Assembly (NCBI GenBank): GCA_951406725.2
Contig: OX597814.1
Coordinates: forward strand, 15,376,001 to 15,440,000
Direction: 5' to 3'
DNA from: Octopus vulgaris
Taxonomy: Eukaryota
Length of the DNA: 64,000 nt
The stretch's first letter is position 1, and every line of letters begins with the position of its first letter. Below the pieces are notes generated by a model, which had not been told where the DNA came from, made no database searches, and worked only from the letters and a program-made list of their open reading frames with translations. Shown one piece after another: positions 26,073-40,757 of the stretch. The position numbers were made by a program, and so were the translations under genes.

Positions 26073-26553
26073 GTCTGATCAATAAGTATCCGGACTGTTG
26101 CCATACTTTCGAAACTAAAGCACGTAATGTGAAACCGCATGTCACAGATTGAAATTGAAGTCTGCTGTCGATGTGCACCAAGTTTTGGCGTTCTAGTTCA
26201 CTTCCGCTGTTTACATTTGTCAATATCGACATATTTTCGGCTCCCCTGGAAACGTCTCGACCACTCGTACACTTGTGTGCGGCTCATACACTTCTCTCCA
26301 TACGCTTTATGCAACGTTGCGTCGGCCTCTAAGCAGGTGTCGCCATGACAACTTCGTCATGATCAATGCGACGATTACACGCTACACACCTCCCTTCCAA
26401 GCACTGCTGTAGACAGCGGAAGTGAGTTAGAACGTTAAATCTTAGTGCGCATACACAGCAGAGTTCAAGGTCAATCTATGCCAAGTGGCTTCACTGTGCC
26501 TGCTTTAGCTTCGTTATTATAGCAACAGTCCAGATACTTATTGATCAGATCTC

Positions 26554-26556
<3 letters not shown>
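26072..26556. mobile_element. Mariner-derived MITE with ~145-bp imperfect terminal inverted repeats
   Basis: GGTCTGATCAATAAGTATCCGGACTGTTGC ... GCAACAGTCCAGATACTTATTGATCAGATCTCGTA; inner TTCACTTCCGCTGTTTACA / TGTAGACAGCGGAAGTGAG; ends in TA. Confidence 0.88.
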
Positions 26557-26599
<43 letters not shown>

Positions 26600-27702
26600 G
26601 CACGCACATACACACATATATATATATAAGTATAACGAATCTCCAAGCTCTTTTGCAGATGCCATCATTACACTTGTCTAGGATATAAAAACATAATAAT
26701 AATACTCGCTCCCACTCTTTCCGTAGTTGTAATAAACTTCGTATCACAAGTAATGGATTGTAATAGAAGTGAAATGAGTATGATAACATTTATGATACGC
26801 CATCCAAACAGCGAATATGTAACAGTTTAAAGAAATTGGGAATCCTGAAATCTAGAGTATTAAAAACACATTTCATTAACCATGTTTCAACAGATGTACG
26901 TCAGATACATTGTTAAAATAGTTACATAAATAGATACGAATAGCTCATATAAAAATAAATACCAACAGAAGAAGATGGATATATATAAGAAAAATATTAT
27001 TTGTTGAAAAGCTGCAGAAGCATTTCCTCATGTTTTCCCTATAATGTATTGATCTTTAAGATCGATAAATGTCTACATTTAATGCTAAGATAAGATTTTC
27101 TTAGGCGTTTTGCAGTTGGGTGAAATACGTCTAAACATGCTTACAACTTATGTTTTTTTCGTGTGTCTATTGACAGCGTAGAATGTTTACAAAATCACAG
27201 TTTAAAATAAATTCGCCATCTGCAGTATTCTTTCAACAAGTTAGAGTTTTCTTTTCAACATTATGAAAATACAAATATTCGATTTACTAAGATTATCATT
27301 TTCCAGATCAATAAGTTCATCTTTTATAATTTTTTTTTTATCTGCAATATTTATATTTACACCCTGCTCCGAGCAGTTTGATTTCCGATCATCATCTTCA
27401 TGTTTCATATTCATGGATGTAAACATAGTACCATACTGGATTCAATCTAAATTTTACGAATAAATCACCTGATGGCGATCAAAGATCAAACAGATCGATA
27501 TGAAGATATAAATATTACAAATACACTCTAACAAAGTTACACTATTAGTCAAAAACATGTTAATCGTTTAAAGACCTCAGCTCAGATATTTAACATACAT
27601 TCCAATTTCTTTTAGACTTACCCATATCCATTTTCAATAAAATTATTAGCAGCCGCAAGAGTCGTTTATCTTTCTTTAATTTTAATTTAATTTTCTTTAT
27701 TT

Positions 27703-27903
27703 CATCATCATCATCGTTTAACGTCCGCTTTCCATGCTAGCATGGGTTGGACGGTTCAACTGGGGTCTGGGAAGCCCGAAGGCTGCACCAGGCCAGTCAG
27801 ATCTGGCAGTGTTTCTACAGCCGGATGCCCTCCCTAACGCCAACCACTCCGTGAGTGTAGTGGGTGCTTTTTATGTGCCACTGACACAGGTGCCAGACGA
27901 GGC
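27703..27903 (-). mobile_element. 3' part of a SINE with (ATG)n tail and Meta-like core
   Basis: rc GGTTGGCGTTAGGGAGGGCATCCGGC core; tail CGTTAAACGATGATGATG. Domain name is from recall, not a search. Confidence 0.65.
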
Positions 27904-28012
27904 TATTTGTAAATTTTATATTTCGTGGAAGGATCGTAGATTTCGGGTATTTTAGGTTATTTTTTGTATAACAGTTTAGCCGCGTTTCCATTGTTAAAGT
28001 ATGTCTGTTTAC

Positions 28013-28166
<154 letters not shown>

Positions 28167-29319
28167 CTATCTATCTTTCTTTCTTTCTTTCTAGATAATG
28201 AAATAAATAAGAATTTTAAAATAAACACTATGGTACCATTCTAAAACGATTTCAAAATCGAAAACAAAAGAATAAAGAAATTAGCTAGAACGTCATATGT
28301 CTGATGTTAGTTACATTTCACATCCCAGTTTAATATAATCATCTAGTTTATATATGCCTTTAATGAAACACACCCTGCTGTAAATAGTTGGAGAAGAATT
28401 CCGTAAGCGAGAATTCCATGGTATTCATGATGAACCGACATTCATCACGCGCATCTGAACGCCAAACTTTAAAACTAAGCACACAGGGTAAATCCCACTT
28501 CTATTTTATACTACCCGAAGACATCAGGAAGTATGTATAGTGTATCTTAATCAAATGATACGATGGTCATGTCTAGCAGTTCTTTTGATCATATATTTGA
28601 TCAATCAGTGCTATTATAAGGTTACACAACACCAATAACAATATGTCATTCAGATTAATAGAAAACAAATGACACAACGGAAACATCAATCGGTTATGGG
28701 CTGAACATGTAACTCAATAATTGTTACCATTGGGTAATTTTCTCTCTGTTACAACCAGCTTCACACTGACAGAACACGAATACCCAATATTAATATAGAT
28801 TGCGTATTACTCATATAAAGCTCGCAAATAAGCATTAATCGTTTGTAAAAGGCATCAATTTCAGGCTAATATTCTCTTCAGACTTCAATATTTAGTATCC
28901 ATTATTTATTTCTGCTCTAAACAGTCACTATTAAAGACATAACTTCTCTCGAACTTAATCGATTTATTCCCCCATATGTCTTGCAAAGTATTTCTAAGAA
29001 TACAATATTGGTCCCGCTGCATACTTGATTTTGAGGTTGGTAGTATTCCTTCCTTTTCTCTGTTTTTCTTATCGGAAGAAATATTTAATGAGACAAATCT
29101 CAACGTACCGTATCTGCCATTTATTGCAGAAATTTTGTTTAATACATGCGTAACGACTTCACGCATTTTATAAACTACTGATTTCTATTTCCCTGTTGCA
29201 CCCCAACCCCTATTCTTACTCCCTTCCAGCTTCTCTCGCTCACTCTTTCTTTCTCTCGATCTCTCTCGTCCTCTTTAACGCTCCCTTCATTTTTCTGTTG
29301 CTCTGATAATCGTACTCCA

Positions 29320-29328
29320 TATATATAT

Positions 29329-29400
<72 letters not shown>

Positions 29401-29401
29401 C

Positions 29402-29466
<65 letters not shown>

Positions 29467-29467
29467 C

Positions 29468-29517
<50 letters not shown>

Positions 29518-29700
29518 GTATATACATATACACATATATATATAAACATGTATATATATATATGTAAATATATCTATATATGTATGTATATATATATATG
29601 TGTGTGTGTGTATGTATATATATGTATGTGTACACACACATATATATATATATGTATGTGTATATGTATATATGTATGTATATATGTATGTATATATGTG
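29320..29700. repeat. Compound (TA)n/(TACA)n/(TG)n microsatellite
   Basis: Read directly. Confidence 0.95.
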
Positions 29701-30063
29701 TTGTTGTATATGCAGCTACATTATATCACAGTTTGTATAAACATTAATATAAAATTAATGTACTCCGTTTCAAGATAAAAGCATGCGCGTGTGAAAAACT
29801 GGACATTTATAGGAATATGTCTATTTGCAAAGTTGTTTTCACTCATTCTCCGTCTGTCTCCGTCTCCACATGGCTATGGCTCTATTTCATTCATGCCCCA
29901 GTTCCGTCTCTCTCCCTTGCATCTCTCTCCACAGTCTGTTTCTCGTAATATTTATATTCGTATCAGTATATATGTGTATATAAACTCTCTCTCACACATA
30001 AATATACAGACACAAATATTTATATACATCAAATGTACATACAAATTCACATACACATATGTT

Positions 30064-30123
<60 letters not shown>

Positions 30124-32143
30124 AAAATATCTCTCATGAGTATTTAAGAGTGACTATTATATTTCTATGTACACAAAAACCTTTAATTCTACAACTCGGA
30201 TTTCGTTTAATGTATTGTACATGAAAGTAAATTATAATAATATACAAAGACCTCTGTTAAATAACTGACTTCTATAATACTATCTTTAAGTGGACTGTCG
30301 CATTCACTGGATACATGTGACGACAGGCAATGTAGTCACAGTTTATATTGTTTAATAATTGATAGATACATAGAAATAAATAATTCTTTCGTCTTCTATG
30401 TTAAATATATAAATAAAAACTATACCTTGATACTGTGTGAACTGAAATCACATTGACAAACCGCTGGTGTATGAAATTAAAATATAAAATGTAGTTTCGA
30501 ACCTGTTTCGATTCTCGCTTGATTCTGAGCAATTCCACTTTTGCTGTTAATGTTCTTTATGAAGGATAGAATATTAAATAATGTTTCAATTCTTTTGTTT
30601 ATATCACATAAGATTAGTGATGACAGAAGCAATAATATTCAAAATTAAGATGATCAATAAAACGTTAGTCGACTTTACTTCTTTGCTTTTAAATCATGCA
30701 ATGGATGATAAAATACGTACATGCCAAGTAGAGGCTTCCTTATATGGTTTCAGCATTGTAATTCCTATTAGAAATCCTATCCCTTAATCACGGCAAAATT
30801 GTTTAATTATATTTTAGCCGAGAGCTTTAGAGGATGACTGATGTTTCATGTATTAACTTTATCACACCGTATTCCTGCTATAACGAGAATAGATTAACGT
30901 CATCACGGCTAGAATTTTGGTAAAGTGATAATGAACAACACACATAGAAAAAGAAGATGCAGCGGAATCGGTCCATTAGTTTGCCTGCACTCATTACTCT
31001 TAAGCTGTATATGCGACTATGTATCTTTCTGCTCAGGAGCCCAGTTGGAAGGTAAAGTTAGACTCATTGGCCCATGTCTGAGACAGGTAAGCTGCGACAA
31101 TAGCAACCGGATGATCGTTCATTTCTGTTGTAAATAATCACAGTAAGTGAACTAACAGAGATAGTCCTATTCCTTTAAAGCTGCAAAATATGGAATTTCC
31201 GACCTGTCGAAAATAAGTTTAGCATTATTGAAAAGCAAAGAGAATAAAAGAAATTAAAAAAATGATAACAGAAAGTTGGGATTCCATTGAATCGAACGAT
31301 AGGTCACCATGTTGACTTCGACTTGATAAAAGATTTCAAGACGTTTTCGTAATTGTTGTTGCCTGGCGTTAGTTTTCTTAGACCCAATTTACCTCTAATC
31401 CTCAAAAGGGAGTGAGCCAGATGATGTTGTCCCTCATGGTAACATAGCAATCTAGTAAAATGAAAATAGTTCCTTGCAGCTAGTTTTAAATTTATCAAGG
31501 GCTGAAAATAAAAATCTTCAGCAGAGCAGAGTAGAATTGGAATTGATTGACGCCTCTTCAGTATTTTATAAACATTCTGGTACAGAACTCAACAGAGTGC
31601 AAAGCAATTTCACCTGTACATAGATTTGAACACGGAGTTAAAATTACATGATGCAAAACTTTATTATTTTAGCAACTTAATGCTCTAACAGATATTCAAA
31701 ATATTAATTCAAATCTGTGAAGACGTTCTAACAGTTTCAAATGGATTAACGTTACTCTCAGCTAAATACTGTATACTTTCTTATTCCGAATTCGTATACC
31801 ATTTCTTCTTTAGTCGCTAATAACGTATTTAACATCAAATAGCTGTAAGGAGAACTGAGTGTTATCTTAAAATAAGTAACTAAAGACATTTCCTGCTGCT
31901 AAAGGATTTACTTAAGTAGTTTATTAAATTATGTTACGTTTTAAGTGAGAGAGAGGAGTTAATCCTATGTAAGTAGCACTTATGATACCACTTGGTGTTA
32001 TTTTACGCAAAATCATAGTATTATATTCTGCAAAACCTCGTCAAGATCTGCTCTGTGTGTGTGTGTGTGACTGAGAATTTATAAACAAGTGTATATCTAT
32101 CTATCTATCTCTATATCTATCTATCTATCTATCTATCTATCAA

Positions 32144-32187
<44 letters not shown>

Positions 32188-32751
32188 TACACACACACAT
32201 ACATACACACATATCTATATCTATCTGTTTATATATATCTCTCTTTTATATGTTACATACATACGTAAATACATGCATACGTACATACATATATACATAC
32301 ATAAAATAAAAGTCGTAATGACTGAGAAATGTAAAAACGATTATAGGAAGTAGCTTGAGTCAAATTATAAAGCTACTAACACAATCAAACGGAGAAAATA
32401 ATACATAAATAGAAATCTCAACAGAAACGTTTATACGATATAGTTACGTGATTGATAATTCATTTATCTCAAAGAATATAACTGATCAGCAGCATCAATG
32501 AATCGACATGATCTACGGCATGTAGTTATATATCCTAACGTTCGTAGATCAAATCCAACCAAAATCGACTTTATTTCCTTCTTTTCGGGTATATAAAATA
32601 CTCTTCAAGTAGTAAGGTAGCTTTAAGAGGTTAGGTCTTTTCTTTAAACTGCACGACTTTCGGCTGATGTTATATAGTTAAAATTTGAACTCACGTCATG
32701 TATTCATAATGCGAAGGCTGTGTATTTGATTGTAATTGGTAGGTAAACTAT

Positions 32752-33177
32752 ATCTTTAATCTTTATCTTTTATTTGTTTCAGTCATTAGACAGCGACCGT
32801 GCTGGGGAACCGCCTTAAAGGATTGTAGACGAACGAATCGACCCCCTGTAGCTTTTCTTTTAAAGCCTGGTACTTATTCTATCGGTAAATTTTGCTGAAG
32901 CGCTAAGTTACGGGGAGGTATGCACACCAACACCGCTTGACAAACGGTAAAGGAAAACAGGAAGGGACGTAGTGACACACTCGCACAGATGTATGTATGT
33001 ATGTGTATAAAATATTAGGGAATAAATCCAAACTTACAGGGAAAAATCAGATTTAGGATTGAATCCAATTTTATAGTAAAATATTATATTATATTAAATT
33101 AGAGATAAAACCACTATTGGCTTAAGTTTTTCATTGTATGATTTGCCTAATAGTGGTTTTATCTCTAATTTAATATA

Positions 33178-33236
<59 letters not shown>

Positions 33237-33577
33237 CATGTATTAATAATGAAATCATTATACGTAGGTAACTGTTTTATTTTGTAAACTTTGGGCATTT
33301 TGGCGTTTGCTGTTTTTCTATGGTAAGGCGATATGGCGTCTATCTCCTGCGTATAGGAATCCACTTTAGTAGTCATTCCTCGTATTAATTGTTATATATA
33401 TATGTATATATATACGAGGGGCTTTTTTCTGTTTCCATCTACCAAATCCACTCACAACACTTTGGTTGGCCTGTGGCTATAGTAGAAGACCCTTGACCAG
33501 GGTGGCACGTAGTGGGAATGAACCCGGGGCCATGTGGTTAGAAAGCAAACTTCATATCACACTGACACGCATGTGTC
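32752..33577 (-). mobile_element. Older SINE family A copy split by insertions in its internal microsatellite
   Basis: 3' half ~32752-32945 and 5' half ~33413-33577 align to family A. Confidence 0.8.
33012..33186 (-). mobile_element. Short asymmetric fold-back (38-bp arms 33081-33118 / 33149-33186), PLE-like architecture
   Basis: ATATTATATTATATTAAATTAGAGATAAAACCACTATT and its exact reverse complement; runs into (TA)n; no HHR retained; strand inferred by analogy. Confidence 0.6.
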
Positions 33578-34543
33578 TTTGGAAATATTTGACAAACTTG
33601 TGTATGCCATATTTCTGACGACTAATATTACAGTCAAGTGCAAAGTATAGTAATAGTGACTCATATTGTGATATATGAAGGTTCCACATACCAGGACATG
33701 ATTGACAAATGTTATTGTTATTGAAAAAGATGCATAGAGACATGTTTGGTGAATAAACGTTAAAATCCAAGAAGTGGTGATAGGTACCATCTAATCAAGT
33801 GAAATTATTGACTAATGGCAAAGAACGTGGCAGTGAATAACATAGTGTTTTGTTTCTGAAGAAAAGGCAATCACTCGGTGTTACATATTTCTGTTTCAAA
33901 CTGGCGATTAAAATGACAAACATAATTTGCATTTAAATATTTTCAGTAACCTCATAAAATTACTGAAAATGAAAATAACAAGGTCTGGTGAAATGAGTAG
34001 CTGTTAATTGTCGAAATGGGAGAATATAATTAGACAGGCGAAGGCTTCGAATTAAGAAGGTTAATTGAAGAAATTTAACGAAAACATATCATCAAAGATT
34101 TCTTAATCAACTATGGGCCATATTGCTTTTATATTACAACACAATATTTAACAATTAAGCACGGTAATTTTAATTGACTGCGTAATGAAGTTTGGGAAGG
34201 TTCAGTTATATTGGGAGTGTATTAGGTGAGTAGGACAAAAGCATGTTTGCTTTGAAGCCCACTCAACGACGGGAGAAAACTGTTGCACAATTCTAAAGGC
34301 ATATACGATTTAGTATTCGCTTCAGAGCAAACGTTATTCATAGTAGCATATTAATTTCTTCTAACATTGACAACAGGACAATAAATGCAAAGAGAAATAA
34401 TAGAAAATTCATAACTTCGGGCTAAAAGTCTGCATTTGGGTTTGTTCTTATTGACCAGCAATTACTGAAAGTGCGAAATTGTCTCAAGTTATCAAATATC
34501 GAGGTAGTGAAATTTTGTAGAAGGAAAAGATAGTGAAATCTAC

Positions 34544-34611
<68 letters not shown>

Positions 34612-34625
34612 GTGTGTGTGTGTGT

Positions 34626-35283
34626 ATTAGTTGAAAATGATCTGTAAAAATCAAATTTTTTAATATATAAAAGATGGAAAAAGAAGGAAAATGCATACAC
34701 TTTACATAGTTTTAATATATTTTAGAATATTCTTTATATTGTGTTTGTCGACCGGTTCCGCTTTTGCTAATCATGACATTGAAATTATTGGAATTTCGTA
34801 TTTTCTTGAGAAAATGTTGTGTGTTGGAAGTTTATGAATAAATTATTCAAGAAGTACAAAAATCTAAGGCGAGACAATTGGTAATTGTTAGGGGATATAT
34901 ATTCACAAAACCTCAAATGCTAAAGTAGTGAGAAGAAATATGCACAGTGATGGGTATGTGATCATAAATTAAAATGTGTACTGCGGTCAAAGTTCGTGAT
35001 GCGTTCATATTTAGATGTGTCTTGTGTTTTTCGATGAACAAATTTTCTTTATTTAAACGTTCTTGTATAGAAATCGTTTCTTTGCACTGGTAGATGGAAA
35101 AACTGTGAAGTTTGGCTCGATATTACCTGCACAGCTCTGTATGTGTTCACTCAAAGGAATCTGTCTATATCGCGGGAACCTGATCTGTTCCTTATGTTGT
35201 GTGGTTCTCGGTCTCAGTGTCAAACTCGCCTGTTCTATATAGTTATGTTCACAACCCTAGCAAGTTATAACATAAATTATTAA
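34626..35283 (-). mobile_element. 5'-truncated Penelope-like element (GIY-YIG remnant 34998-35283 plus pLTR)
   Basis: IIYVITC*GCEHNYIEQASLTLRPRTTQHKEQIRFPRYRQIPLSEHIQSC...PNFTVFP, frameshift, ERLNKENLFIEKHKTHLN; ends at (TG)n(TA)n. Confidence 0.87.
34746..34778 (-). ncRNA. Minimal hammerhead-like ribozyme, A3-U8 core variant (A13G in this copy)
   Basis: UGUC AUGAUUA GC-aaaa-GC GGAA CCGG UC GACA; GUC triplet, palindromic ACCGGU stem III, ~220 nt downstream of the GIY-YIG end. Confidence 0.68.
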
Positions 35284-35776
35284 ATATACACAGCCACACC
35301 CACCCACTAGTTTCACTCTGCTCTACATTATTCAAAATTCTGTGGATGTAGGTAGATACAAATACATACATATATAGAAACAGACACATATAAACAAACA
35401 AACAAACATACATATATACATGCATACATACATACATACATACACTTCTGTGCTATTTAGGTGACACTGAAATATATCCCCTAAACTCAATGTTCACACC
35501 ATATTCCGTATCTTACGAGAACGATCGAAAGAAAGCAAGTACTAGCTTAGTACTAGTTTTCAGTATTGTTCATTATTATTTCAATAAATACCAATAAAAG
35601 CGCGCAAACTGTAAAATACGTTTTCGTTTTATACCTTTCTGAGATGACAAGATGAGGAAGTGTAGCAATAGGATCATTTTCAAGGTAGGCCGAATTTACG
35701 GGTATAAGAATAGATGTTATGTTCAGAAAAGAGACCTAGCTAAATACTTTTAAAGAAGTGGTTTCGGCAAAATGCC

Positions 35777-36184
35777 TTTTACTCTTTTATTCTTTTACTT
35801 GTTTCAGTCATTTGACTGCGACCATGCTGGAGCACCGCCTTTAGTCGAACAAATCGACGCCAGGATATTCTTTGTAAGCTTAGTACTTATTCTATTGGTC
35901 TCTTTTGCCAAACCGCTAAGTTATGGGAACGTAAACACGCCAACATCGGTGCCAAGCTATGGTATGAGAGAAACAGATATACAAACACACACACACACAC
36001 AGATATAAATGTATAGATAGGACGTGCTTCTTTCCGTTTCCGTCTAACAAATCCACTCACAAGGATTTGGCCGGCCCGAAGCTCCAGTAGAAGACACATG
36101 TCCATGGTGTCACGCAGTGGGACTGAACCCGGAACCATGTGGTTGAGAAGCAAGCTTCGCAACGCACAGCCACTCCTGCGCCTA
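35777..36184 (-). mobile_element. SINE family A, full length
   Basis: Head AGGCGCAGGAGTGGCTGTG, B box GGTTCAGTCCC, (AAAAGAGT)n-like tail. Confidence 0.93.
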
Positions 36185-37781
36185 TAATGGGGTCAAAATT
36201 TCGTAAACATTGCCTATGTATGTGGTCGACGTCAGATGACTTTTACTGTTAGATAGAAACAAAGAATTATGAGTATTGAACTGATAATTGAACATGACTG
36301 GATTAATTGATGTGACTAGGTCGAAGAAAATAGTCAGCTCGACAGCTAGATTTAAACACAGAAAATAAAGTGAGATAAGCAGAATTCTTTAAACCATATT
36401 GTGTGGATATGTAGCATAATGTCATAAGCCAAGGTAACGCTAGTATATTTGTTCCAACTGCTTTCGCTCCAAGTCTAATATTTGTATTTAACTAAACACT
36501 AAACAGAGTTTATATTTAAAAAAGCTCTGAATAGTATTTACTTGAATCTTGTTTCTCTTCTTTCAAGCCAATTATATTTTATTTGCGAATTCTCTTCATT
36601 GCAATAATCTATGCATGAACGTTTATTCATTAGCTCATAAATCACAGACATACAGGTATACAAATCTATTCGATCACGTCTTTACATACTCGTATAGACA
36701 TATAGAAAGGAGACGTATACTCCATAATAATGAGATGCATTGATTTAAAATAACGAGGAAGTACTATTAACGAGATAACATCACAAAAGAGACAAAGAAA
36801 CGGAATATATCTTTTGTTGTGAATTCCAGGATACATAACACACACACACACACATTTGTGTGCATATTTATATGTATGTATTAATTATATGCATTATACA
36901 TACACTCACACACATAGAAACACACACACATAGGAACTCACACACACACACACATATATATATGTGATGTAGACAGCATTGTTTTCTCTTCATGAAAGCT
37001 GATAATCTTTTGAACTCTTTTGGATATTTCTCAGACATAAAACAAATTGTTAAACTATTCCATTCCTAGAATAAGTGATTACAGGTAAAGCTATATTACT
37101 CTATGACTCTGCACTAATTCTTCTTAGTCAGCAGTTTTTGGCGTACCTCCAGTTTTGATGAAAGCGAAGGAAGAACAGAAAGTAATAAAAAAATAGTATA
37201 TGTTTCTTCATTATATGCAGTTCACAGACTCGCTGATGGCCTCTCTTCCTCACATGCATTTAAACAAACAAACACAGTAAATACAAACGCACACATATAA
37301 ATATGCACAAATACACAAACTCAAATACACACACATGTTGTTTACAATAATAAAACTTTCAATAAAATATTGCTCACTCTTTAAAAAGCATGATGATGAC
37401 AATGATGGTGATAATGATGATCGTGGTCATGATCATCATTATGACAACGATGACTTGTTTTTAATCATGTTGGTTAAATAATATTAATAGTAAAAATTAA
37501 CTAATTTATCATTCAATTCAACGACCATTAACACAAAGGAGATGGTAATAATGATGATGATAAAGTCATAAAAATATGATCATCATCACCATCAAAAAAC
37601 CTTTCGCCTTTAGTACCAGGCTTATTAATACCATTTGTATTAGACATTTTCACTCAACATTGAGGTATCTGTTTTAAGGATAGCCACCAACCGTTATATT
37701 TATTGAGATACCATCTCTAGTAAGACTGTCTACTTAGAGTTCAGAGTTTCTACTACCCATATGTCTGGCCTACTTATTATC

Positions 37782-37855
<74 letters not shown>

Positions 37856-38239
37856 GTGGAGGCGCAATGGCCCAGTGGTAAGGGCAGCGGACTCGCGGTC
37901 ATAGGATCGCGGTTTCGATTCCCAGACCGGGCGTTGTGAGTGTTTATTGATCGAAAACACCTAAAAGCTCCACGAGGCTCCGGCAAGGGATGGTGGTGAT
38001 CCCTGCTGTACTCTTTCACCACAACTTTCTCTCACTCTTTCTTCTTGTTTCTGTTGTACCTGTATTTCAAGGGACCGGCCTTGTGACTCTCTGTGTCACG
38101 CTGAATATCCCCGAGAACTACGTTAAGCGTGCACGTGTCTGTGGAATGCTCAACCACTTACACGTTAATTTCACGAGCAGGCTGTTCCGTTGATTCGGAT
38201 CAACCGGAACCCTCATCGTCGTAACCGACGGAGTGCTTC

Positions 38240-38240
<1 letters not shown>
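37856..38240 (+). mobile_element. SINE family B, full length, inside a (TTA)n tract
   Basis: High identity to the 12126 copy; (TTA)n on both sides. Confidence 0.95.
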
Positions 38241-38281
<41 letters not shown>

Positions 38282-38710
38282 GATTATTATCATTATTATA
38301 TTTGGCTTTCATCACCTTCATGCAATTCTTTATAGATATCGAGATTATAACAAAATTCTTGCCAGCAGTAATCGGTATAGAGCTCGAGGAGTTCTGACCA
38401 GCTAAGTGTAGTAAAGGCTTGGTGCTGCTTCTGCTGCCTGATATGGGACTATGCGTTGATATGACTATGGTAAATTCTACGTACTGAATAGGCAACCCGA
38501 ATATCGTCGATGTAGTAACGTGTGGGGAAACTGCTGTTATACGAGATGCAAAATTGTTTACGATTATATAAATATAATCAAAATAACGTGTAATTTTTAA
38601 GCGTCTAAATATGTGTTGTAAAATACAAATAAGATGATAATTTATTTTCGAACGCAGAAACGCCATTAGAACAGAAGAAATATTAGGTAAATTACCCTTA
38701 CAACGCGGAA

Positions 38711-38865
38711 AAAATTGTCAACAGCATGGGACTCGACTCCTTATCCCTTGAAGTCTCTGGCCAAGTGCTTTATCATTAAGCTAAACGACCCGCTGATAAA
38801 TTAATCCGTTTTACAAAACAAGAAAATTTGTCATAAAACAGCCATAGGAATCGAACTCACATCCC
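38711..38865 (-). repeat. Decayed tRNA-like units (one near-complete, one partial)
   Basis: rc GGGTCGTTTAGCTTAATGATAAAGCAC...GGAGTCGAGTCCC...TTTTTT, plus a second GAGTTCGATTCCT...AAATTTT. Confidence 0.45.
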
Positions 38866-40573
38866 TTGCAAGGGACAGCTAAATAGCTGTTCTGCAAAGG
38901 GTTCGTTTGAACATACTCGCAGCATATGATGAAGATTGAGCGTTTCTGTAGACAAACTCTGAACCAGGGTACATTCTAAATGTTAAAATTCTTTTTGTAG
39001 AGAGACTAGTGGTAGGAAGGGCAAATTCTGTGCAGATGCAAAAGCTACATTTCAAAGGAAACTAAAGCGTAAGTGGCCAAATGCCGAGTGTGAAATATAA
39101 TAAATGGGGGATTTGTGTATTGGCAGGGAATAGGATGTGTTGATATGAGTTATTAAGAGGTGGTACGTGATTTGAAAGCTGGATTAAAATTTGCGAAATT
39201 TATGTAATGGACGGTAAAATTCTTCAGTTGGGATGTACTGTTATTTTAATATACTTATAAGGTATATCATGTCGTTTATGTTTCATTGTGTGGGTTGGGG
39301 AAGAGAGAACCGTGAGTCATACCTTGCTGCTAAACACTACTTCCATACTTTCAAGCAGTCCAGCAACAGTACACTAGATGTGTATGGACCTCTAGAAATG
39401 ATGTACTTATTAAGACAACTAGTCATGAACTAGACACTGAGAAGAAACGAGTTCATCAGTCAAATTCCCAGGCGATACTTAAGTATCTAAGATCTTATAT
39501 ACTTTATGGTGGTAAGACATTGGCAATAAACTGTCCGTTTCACAGAGACAGGAGAAATTAAATCACGCTTAGAAGCAATTATTCAAGAGGATGTGCTAAC
39601 CTTTTTTGGGGGTCGTAACCCAAATGTTTGCAACCGAATAAATTGTACTAAAGCCCACAAAGGGTTACGTGACAATGTAAAAGCTGACCTAATTTTAGGC
39701 CGATCAACCTCAACTCCTATTTCACAGAAAGGGCTTTACAATGTCTCATCATGGCAGTGGGATATGTCACCTGCTTTCTTCAAGTTTATTTTGTTGGTTT
39801 CGTATTTTCAAATATTATCGCTGCTATTTCTACAGCTGTTTTAGGAATAGTGATTTCATTAGCAGAAACATAATCAGTATTTTACTTACTCCGGTTTATA
39901 CGCTCAAATTTGATCGAGAAGTTCTATGATCAAGAACATCCAACCGCTTTTACGAATGCTTTGGGCTATAATTCTTTTCTGCATTTAAGACGGCAACTTA
40001 TGAATTCAGAATATTCTGGCTGATATTTCTAGCAGATCTGGCGACCAAGTTGGATCGCTGCTTTTATTATCCTTACTCTTGCAGTCGCTGCTGAAATCTT
40101 TATTCATACTAGTACTATGTTGCAATTGTGGTTGCAGTTTTTGTCACTAACAACGCTGAGGCTATCGATTTTTTGCAGCGTTACCGGCGATGTCGCTTTT
40201 CTCAACCACACGAACAGATAACGCATCACTTCATCTCCTCCCATTGCTCCAACGACTATCTTACACCACTAGCTCACTGTTGTAGCTAATCCGGTTCGTA
40301 ATCGTTGTTTAGCCTCGGATCCACGCAGATTGAGATATAGTATATCTAACATATAATATATGCAACACTCGCATTCATTTCTTTAGCGGTGTAGAGTGTG
40401 ATTTCAGACAGTTTTGTCTCATACATCCAGCCCCTTGGCGCAAACTGCAGGAGTCTTTAACTCGAGCTAACCAAATGAGGGGAGGCGGAAAATTTCATAG
40501 GCTGACCAAGATACTATCATGAAATGCAGCTAAATGAGGTTTATTTTTCAATGAAGTCTCCTTCCATCAGTTG

Positions 40574-40711
40574 GAAGTTTGCTTCCCAACCACATGGATC
40601 CGGATTCAGCCCCACTGCGTGACACCTTGGGCAAGTGTCTTCTACTATATCTTCGGCCCGACCAAAGCCTTGTGAGTGAATTTGGTGAAGGGAAACTGAA
40701 AGAAGCCCGTC

Positions 40712-40757
<46 letters not shown>

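Noticed and set aside
27241-27426. Minus ORF with DELIDLEND, faintly like a hAT transposase C-terminal region
   Set aside because: One short motif in AT-rich DNA; needs TBLASTN/HMM support.
31037-31092. Possible small exon (TTCTGCTCAG acceptor, CAG/GTAAGC donor)
   Set aside because: Such splice-like pairs arise by chance in 64 kb; no recognisable peptide or partner exons. RNA-seq would be needed.
38711-38795. tRNA gene candidate
   Set aside because: Cloverleaf stems do not pair well; treated as a decayed tRNA-derived repeat.
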